Source: Candidatus Woesebacteria bacterium
GTDB taxonomy: Bacteria; Patescibacteriota; Microgenomatia; UBA8517
Direction: 5' to 3'
NCBI GenBank assembly: GCA_020060565.1
Contig: JAGVAE010000002.1
Coordinates: forward strand, 243,270 to 307,269
Length of the DNA stretch: 64,000 nt
Shown: piece by piece, positions 59,039-64,000 of the stretch
How the letters are laid out: the number at the start of each line of letters is the position of its first letter
Position numbering within the stretch: the stretch's first letter is position 1
Notes under the pieces: model-generated
What the model was told of the DNA's origin: nothing
Databases searched by the model: none
What the model saw: the letters and a program-made list of their open reading frames with translations, nothing else
Position numbers and translations under genes: made by a program

Positions 59039-59517
59039 AAAAGATTGTATTAATATTTATAGCTCTAGTGTGGTCAGGTACAGTCTTTGCCTTTGGAATG
59101 AAAGTAGGCATAGATGGAACTGAAAAGAGATTGGCAGATCCAATACTCACCCATCCCAACTACACTGGCCAAGAAATATTGGATGCAGTCAATGAATATA
59201 GACAGACAAAGAAACTATCAACACTCAGACTAGATGAAGAACTTTGTAACAACGTAGTAAATAGGTATTTAGTCTTCAAATCTCCTGAGGCGGATAAAGA
59301 AGGTCATCCTGGTTTTGATGCTTGGGCTGATGCTGAAATAAAGAAGGGTTACAAATATGTTGGTGAAGTATTCTCTGGTGAGTTTACAAAAGAAGAAGTA
59401 ATGAGTGGTTGGAAGGGTTCACCAAGTCACAATGAAGCCTTGGTAAATCCAATCTACAACCGAGGCTGCTCATATGCTGGAGATTATGGAGTTGTCGTTT
59501 TACTTGGTGCTAAATAG
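59035..59517 (+). CDS. CAP (SCP-like) domain protein
   Basis: N-terminal TM, AVNEYR, GHPGF, VGEVF, WKGSPSHNEAL. Confidence 0.85.
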   Translation: MKKIVLIFIALVWSGTVFAFGMKVGIDGTEKRLADPILTHPNYTGQEILDAVNEYRQTKKLSTLRLDEELCNNVVNRYLVFKSPEADKEGHPGFDAWADAEIKKGYKYVGEVFSGEFTKEEVMSGWKGSPSHNEALVNPIYNRGCSYAGDYGVVVLLGAK

Positions 59518-60120
59518 TTAGCTTGAATACTTATATACTGCTTTTACAACACCTTCTACCCTAAAATCTTCACCTGCAATAAATGGAGCGTAAGCTGTGT
59601 TGGTAGACCCTAATATTATTTGGTCTTGCCAGTGACTAAATTTTTTAACCATAGCTACCCCACCATCTACACAAATAACAATGTCACCATCTTTGGGAGA
59701 GTTAGTGGCTCTTGCGATGATGTAATCATTCTCTTTTATTAGTGGTGTCATGGAGTCCCCTCGTGCTTTCACCATAAAGGCCTCGCTTGAAGGGAAACCG
59801 AGAATCTTGGTACTTATTGGAATTCTATCAACAGGGTTACCGTCTAAGATTCTGCCATTGGGACCACATTGGGCCAACCCGTACACGTTGAGATAGGTAA
59901 TTTCTTTATCGGGATTGTCGGCTAGAATCTGATAGTCACCAGGATTGTTGGGATTCCTTCTTAAGAATCCTTTCCTTTCCAATTGCAATATATGGTGATG
60001 GACCACGCTAGGGGAAGAGGCTCCAATCCGATCTTGGATGTTCCTTATGCTTAGTCCTTCATCCTTCTCCGATTTTAGTAAGTCTAGTATCTTTTTTTGA
60101 CTGGGATGCAGATCGGGCAT
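59518..60120 (-). CDS. LexA-like repressor (wHTH plus S24 peptidase)
   Basis: QKKILD..SIRNIQ..SSPSVVHHHILQLERKG; scissile AQCG; GDSM Ser; VKK Lys. Confidence 0.9.
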   Translation of the reverse strand: MPDLHPSQKKILDLLKSEKDEGLSIRNIQDRIGASSPSVVHHHILQLERKGFLRRNPNNPGDYQILADNPDKEITYLNVYGLAQCGPNGRILDGNPVDRIPISTKILGFPSSEAFMVKARGDSMTPLIKENDYIIARATNSPKDGDIVICVDGGVAMVKKFSHWQDQIILGSTNTAYAPFIAGEDFRVEGVVKAVYKYSS

Positions 60121-60154
60121 GGGTGTATTATGCAGTATAAGTTGACAAAAATCA

Positions 60155-60191
60155 AGAACATTATTGACTGTTCTAGTTTTTGTAGTACAAT
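60155..60191 (+). promoter_or_regulatory. Promoter with inverted repeat, candidate operator for the LexA-like repressor
   Basis: AGAACA-N8-TGTTCT overlapping TTGACT-16-TACAAT. Confidence 0.5.
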
Positions 60192-60202
60192 AGTTTTTAA
60201 TT

Positions 60203-61144
60203 ATGATTCAGGTCAAAAAGAATAAGATCAGAAACTTAGACAGATATTTTGGTTTCTTAAAAGAAGGAGAGCAAATCCGACTTGTTGTTAAATCTTCTGA
60301 TGTTCCTCAAGATAAGATTGTAAAGATAGGTTTTCCTACTAGTTTAGCCAATGGTCAAAAAGTATTACCATCTCCTTTGTTTGGATCTGTTTCTAGTTTT
60401 AATGCGTTGGGTAAAGAAATTGTTAGGAAAGATTTACCAATGGAAACCGCCTACAGAACTGTTGAGTGGCACTGGGAACAGTGGGATGGACCGTACAATA
60501 CAATTCCCATGTCCAAGTTAGTTGATGTTCCATATAAGAGATACCCAAGAGACTTTGTTCCTCCACCATCTAATGAGGTTGAAATTATTCAAAAGGACAA
60601 TGATTTATTCTTTTCTTCCGAGATATTGACGTTTACTCCTGGTGACAAGGAAAACATATTGCATGTAGCAAACTTATTTTTGGAAATCTTTGGTCAGTTT
60701 GAGATTGCCAGCCACAATTTAAGCAGTTATTACACCACTAAAGAGGAAAGACTAAATTGGCAAATTTTGCCTCCTGGTGAATATCCGTGGGAGAAGGTTG
60801 AAGAGAAGCTAAAGCCACTTATTGATTCATTGCCAAAAGGAAACAGACCATGGGCCAAGTACAGGGTGGAGAAAGTTAAGGAATATAAACCAGACTTTCA
60901 TGCTATAGGAACAGGAGGGTTTTGGGGATATGTTGTTTTTGGTTTTACGAGTAAAAATCTCTATGTTTTTGAATGCATAAAGTATGGTAATGCCACCTAT
61001 GTTTTTAACCAGGATTGGAAAGAACTATCTAAACTGACAAAGGCTCAGGTTATACAAGGGGATTTAGCCAAAGCTAGGGTGATTCATCATAAATCCTGGG
61101 TAAAACAGATAGATGAAATTCTCGGAGAAAAACAAAATGGATGA
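60203..61144 (+). CDS. Uncharacterised protein (313 aa), candidate defence gene
   Basis: Soluble, aromatic-rich; motifs KRYPR, NLFLEIFG, LNWQILPPG, GF.GYVVFGF, GNATYVF, RVIH..W; no family recognised. Confidence 0.75.
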   Translation: MIQVKKNKIRNLDRYFGFLKEGEQIRLVVKSSDVPQDKIVKIGFPTSLANGQKVLPSPLFGSVSSFNALGKEIVRKDLPMETAYRTVEWHWEQWDGPYNTIPMSKLVDVPYKRYPRDFVPPPSNEVEIIQKDNDLFFSSEILTFTPGDKENILHVANLFLEIFGQFEIASHNLSSYYTTKEERLNWQILPPGEYPWEKVEEKLKPLIDSLPKGNRPWAKYRVEKVKEYKPDFHAIGTGGFWGYVVFGFTSKNLYVFECIKYGNATYVFNQDWKELSKLTKAQVIQGDLAKARVIHHKSWVKQIDEILGEKQNG

Positions 61145-61820
61145 TGAGATTTTAGTTAACCCACTTACCGCTGTTAGGTTGTTTGCCAGAACATACCTAG
61201 CTTTGGGTGAAGAATCTCTTTTTAAAGATAGGAAATTTAAAATAACTAGAGAGGCTTGGATAGCATCCATGTTTCTTTTGGCTCTTAAAAAACACACAAC
61301 TCAGGATTGGTATTTTAAGCCAGAAACTAAGGATGGCTCGCCTGATTTCTATTGCTACACATTTATTGAAGACAAAAGTAAGGGAGGAAATATAAAACCT
61401 CAAATTAAACTTGAAGTTTTTGAATGGAGAAAAGAAGAAGATGAGGCTAATTTTATAGAGGCTTTAAAGAAAATTAAGCTTAATAAAGTTATTGATCCCC
61501 AAATAACAATATTATGTTATATCAGAAGAAATTCAGTAATACCTCCAGCTGTAGATTTGAATAAGAAACTTAAGGAAATCTCTCCTAAGGTGAAAGATAT
61601 CTGGTATCTGGGGGATGTGACACCAGATTCTAAAACTTGGAGGATCACCCAAATATACCCGAATACTTTAGCTATAGACCTGGACTATGATGAGGTTCTA
61701 TCAACTAAAGAGCAACACAGCTTCATCCATTCTTATAGAGGAAAGTCAGAACAACTGGAGTATGAGTCGACAGGTAAAACAGTTAGATTAACACCTGAAT
61801 TTGAATTGAAAGTTGAGTAA
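61137..61820 (+). CDS. Hypothetical protein, possible PD-(D/E)xK-like nuclease fold
   Basis: TREAW..., SPDFY...KLEVFE; translationally coupled to the upstream gene. Confidence 0.5.
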   Translation: MDDEILVNPLTAVRLFARTYLALGEESLFKDRKFKITREAWIASMFLLALKKHTTQDWYFKPETKDGSPDFYCYTFIEDKSKGGNIKPQIKLEVFEWRKEEDEANFIEALKKIKLNKVIDPQITILCYIRRNSVIPPAVDLNKKLKEISPKVKDIWYLGDVTPDSKTWRITQIYPNTLAIDLDYDEVLSTKEQHSFIHSYRGKSEQLEYESTGKTVRLTPEFELKVE

Positions 61821-61825
61821 CAAAT

Positions 61826-62476
61826 ATGAGTACTGACCAAATAATCACTATTATTTTACAGACACTTGAAGTGCTTGGTGTTCTCGGAGCAACATATTTT
61901 GCAGCTAAGACTGTGAAGCTTTCGCACAATAGTTTGATTGAGCAAAGAGAAAGTGAAGAGCCTGAGGTGGTCATATTTGTAAAACAGTCCAACAATAGTC
62001 TTAATATCATAGATTTGGTCATTAGAAATGAGGGAATAAAAAGTGCTAGAAATATCAAATTTAAGGTGATAGGTAAAAACATAACTTCATTAAGCGACAG
62101 GAAGATTCGTGATATAAGTTTGCTTAAAAATGGAATAGCCTTATTGTCAGGAGGTCAAGAAGTTGTGCAACCCCTAGGTGTAATGCTGGGAGATGCCTTT
62201 AAAGAATATAAAAATGCAAACACCAAGGTACAAGTTACCTACTCAACATCAAATGGAAAGAAGAAGTCTGATTTATTTATTTTGGATTTCAAGGGCTTGA
62301 TTGATAGAAAACTTGGTAAAGACAATATTGAATCAATTGCCGACTCCCTTAAGGATATCCAAGATGAACTACACTCAATCAAAAAGGATATCCATTTGGT
62401 AGCGAACAATGGAATCACCGAACTATTTGCACAGCCAACTTATCCTGGGAAAAATGAAGTAACGCAGCAACTTTAA
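61826..62476 (+). CDS. Hypothetical protein with N-terminal TM helix
   Basis: Hydrophobic residues 5-27, then a beta-rich domain (IRNEGIKSARNIKF) and a coiled C-terminus. Confidence 0.7.
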   Translation: MSTDQIITIILQTLEVLGVLGATYFAAKTVKLSHNSLIEQRESEEPEVVIFVKQSNNSLNIIDLVIRNEGIKSARNIKFKVIGKNITSLSDRKIRDISLLKNGIALLSGGQEVVQPLGVMLGDAFKEYKNANTKVQVTYSTSNGKKKSDLFILDFKGLIDRKLGKDNIESIADSLKDIQDELHSIKKDIHLVANNGITELFAQPTYPGKNEVTQQL

Positions 62477-62530
62477 AGTTATTAATAAAGTGAGAGCTTT
62501 ATAAAAAGACTCACAAGTCTTAGAATTAAA

Positions 62531-64000
62531 ATGATGACAAAGCAATTAGACCTACTTAATACTCAAGATAAAAAGAAACCTTGGTCATCTTCTTTAAGGA
62601 AAGCATTTAATTTTTCAAGAACTTCAGGATGGCCAGATGTTTTTTCTCAACAGCTAAGGAAATGGTCTAAGGACAATAAGATAGCTATTAACACCTTAAG
62701 CCTGTTCTCTGGAGGTGGAGGGCTAGATATTGGATTCCATGATGCAGGATTCAAGATAAAAGAGATGGTTGAGATAGAAGAGAAATATGTAAAAACTCTT
62801 TTGCACAATAACAAAAATTGGTTTGATGACTCAAAGATTAATTGTGTAGATATTAGAGAGTATAAACCAGAAAACCTCAAGGTAGATTTCATAATTGGAG
62901 GGCCTCCATGTCAAACCTTCTCTGCTGCTGGTAGAAGAGCAAAGGGGGTAATGGGAATAGACGATCCAAGAGGTAATCTTTTTAAGGAGTATGTACGACT
63001 TTTACAAACTTTAAAGCCAAAGGGATTTTTGTTTGAAAACGTATATGCATTAATTGGGGCACAAAAAGGGAAGCCCTGGAAGCTTATATTAGAAGGATTT
63101 GATTCCGTAGGATATAAAGTACATTATAAAGTTTTGGATGCAGCTGACTACGGAGTACCCCAGCATCGGGAAAGAATTATTATTGTAGGAATAAGGAAAG
63201 ATTTAAATAAGTCGTTTAAGTTTCCATATCCGCTTTGTGGACCAGACTCTACAGAAGAAGAACCCCATTACTCTGCAAAAGAAGCGATAGGTGGTGTGAG
63301 ATTAGACGAAAAGATTAAGCCCGTTAATGGTAAGTATGGCCACTTATTAGACGGTATTCCACCAGGATTAAATTATAGTTTCTACACAGACAAGATGGGA
63401 CACCCCAACCCTGTATTTGGTTGGAGAAGTAAGTTTTCTGATTTTCTTTATAAAGCTGATCCAAATAAACCCGTAAGAGCGATTAAAGCTCAAGGGGGAC
63501 AATATACTGGTCCTTTTAGTTGGGAAAACCGTTTTTTTCATTTATCTGAACTTAAAAGATTGCAAACATTTCCTGACAACTATGAAATTGTTGGGTCAAG
63601 GAATGTTGTTGTAGAGCAAATAGGAAATTCAGTACCCCCGCAATTTGCAAGAATACTTGCTTTATCAGTATTGGATCAAATCTTTGATGTAAAACTTCCA
63701 CTTAATATTCCATATATGGAGGATAGTATCCAGCTTGGATTTCGCACAAGGACACGAGAGTTGACGAAAGAATATGAGCAAAAAGCCAGAGAAGCTATAA
63801 AACTCATGGTAAAAAGTGATGGACCGAAGTCTAGAAGGATACCGCAGACAAAAGACATAAGGTACTTGTTGTTAAATAAAATGAAGTGGCTTAAGAAAAA
63901 AGTTGATGATGCTACTGAGATTATAGTCAAACATGCAGAAAAAGAAGGTGATGTCTGGGAGATTACTGCAAGCAATAAAAATATTGAAAATAAAAAGATT
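62531..64000 (+). CDS. DNA (cytosine-5)-methyltransferase, truncated by the window end
   Basis: LSLFSGGGG (motif I), GGPPCQTFS (IV), FENV (VI), PQHRER (VIII), RLQTFP and IGNSVPP (IX-X); absent from the ORF track. Confidence 0.95.
   Translation, partial: MMTKQLDLLNTQDKKKPWSSSLRKAFNFSRTSGWPDVFSQQLRKWSKDNKIAINTLSLFSGGGGLDIGFHDAGFKIKEMVEIEEKYVKTLLHNNKNWFDDSKINCVDIREYKPENLKVDFIIGGPPCQTFSAAGRRAKGVMGIDDPRGNLFKEYVRLLQTLKPKGFLFENVYALIGAQKGKPWKLILEGFDSVGYKVHYKVLDAADYGVPQHRERIIIVGIRKDLNKSFKFPYPLCGPDSTEEEPHYSAKEAIGGVRLDEKIKPVNGKYGHLLDGIPPGLNYSFYTDKMGHPNPVFGWRSKFSDFLYKADPNKPVRAIKAQGGQYTGPFSWENRFFHLSELKRLQTFPDNYEIVGSRNVVVEQIGNSVPPQFARILALSVLDQIFDVKLPLNIPYMEDSIQLGFRTRTRELTKEYEQKAREAIKLMVKSDGPKSRRIPQTKDIRYLLLNKMKWLKKKVDDATEIIVKHAEKEGDVWEITASNKNIENKKI

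Larger units (their letters stand above)
53945..64000. mobile_element. Putative integrative satellite-like element inserted at the secA 3' end (right end outside window)
   Basis: Abrupt switch from housekeeping genes to serine integrase, primase-helicase, regulators and DNA methyltransferase; left boundary inferred. Confidence 0.75.

Noticed and set aside
59518-60120. Calling this the host lexA
   Set aside because: It lies within the mobile element and has Cys-Gly rather than Ala-Gly; kept as LexA-like without a gene symbol
62647-63975. Minus-strand ORFs of 81 and 99 aa
   Set aside because: Antisense shadows of the methyltransferase gene

Overview
AT-rich bacterial chromosome segment using the standard genetic code. 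The compact gene set, archaeal-type non-discriminating AspRS and DUF5679/DUF4446/DUF3048-like genes suggest a Patescibacteria (CPR, Microgenomates-like) genome; this is inference. Bases 1 to about 53.9 kb are core genome: dtd, nth, secDF, a CCA-adding enzyme, recJ, aspS, gltX, a MacAB-like transporter, glutamate dehydrogenase, Fic, a DEAD-box helicase, dus, a Znu/redox cluster, tRNA-Gln(CTG), lon with a CIRCE operator, tRNA-Glu(CTC), greA, lysS, serS, rarA and secA. From the 3' end of secA to the window end lies an apparent integrative, satellite-like element. It carries a large serine recombinase, a structured leader RNA, a TOPRIM primase-helicase followed by an ori-like palindrome, an XRE regulator, a CAP protein, a LexA-like repressor divergent from three uncharacterised genes, and a C5 DNA methyltransferase cut by the window edge. 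Non-coding signals include widespread leaderless and bidirectional -10 promoters, two leader-peptide attenuator-like structures, and a 10-mer shared downstream of both tRNAs. All family assignments come from motif recognition by eye; no database searches were run.
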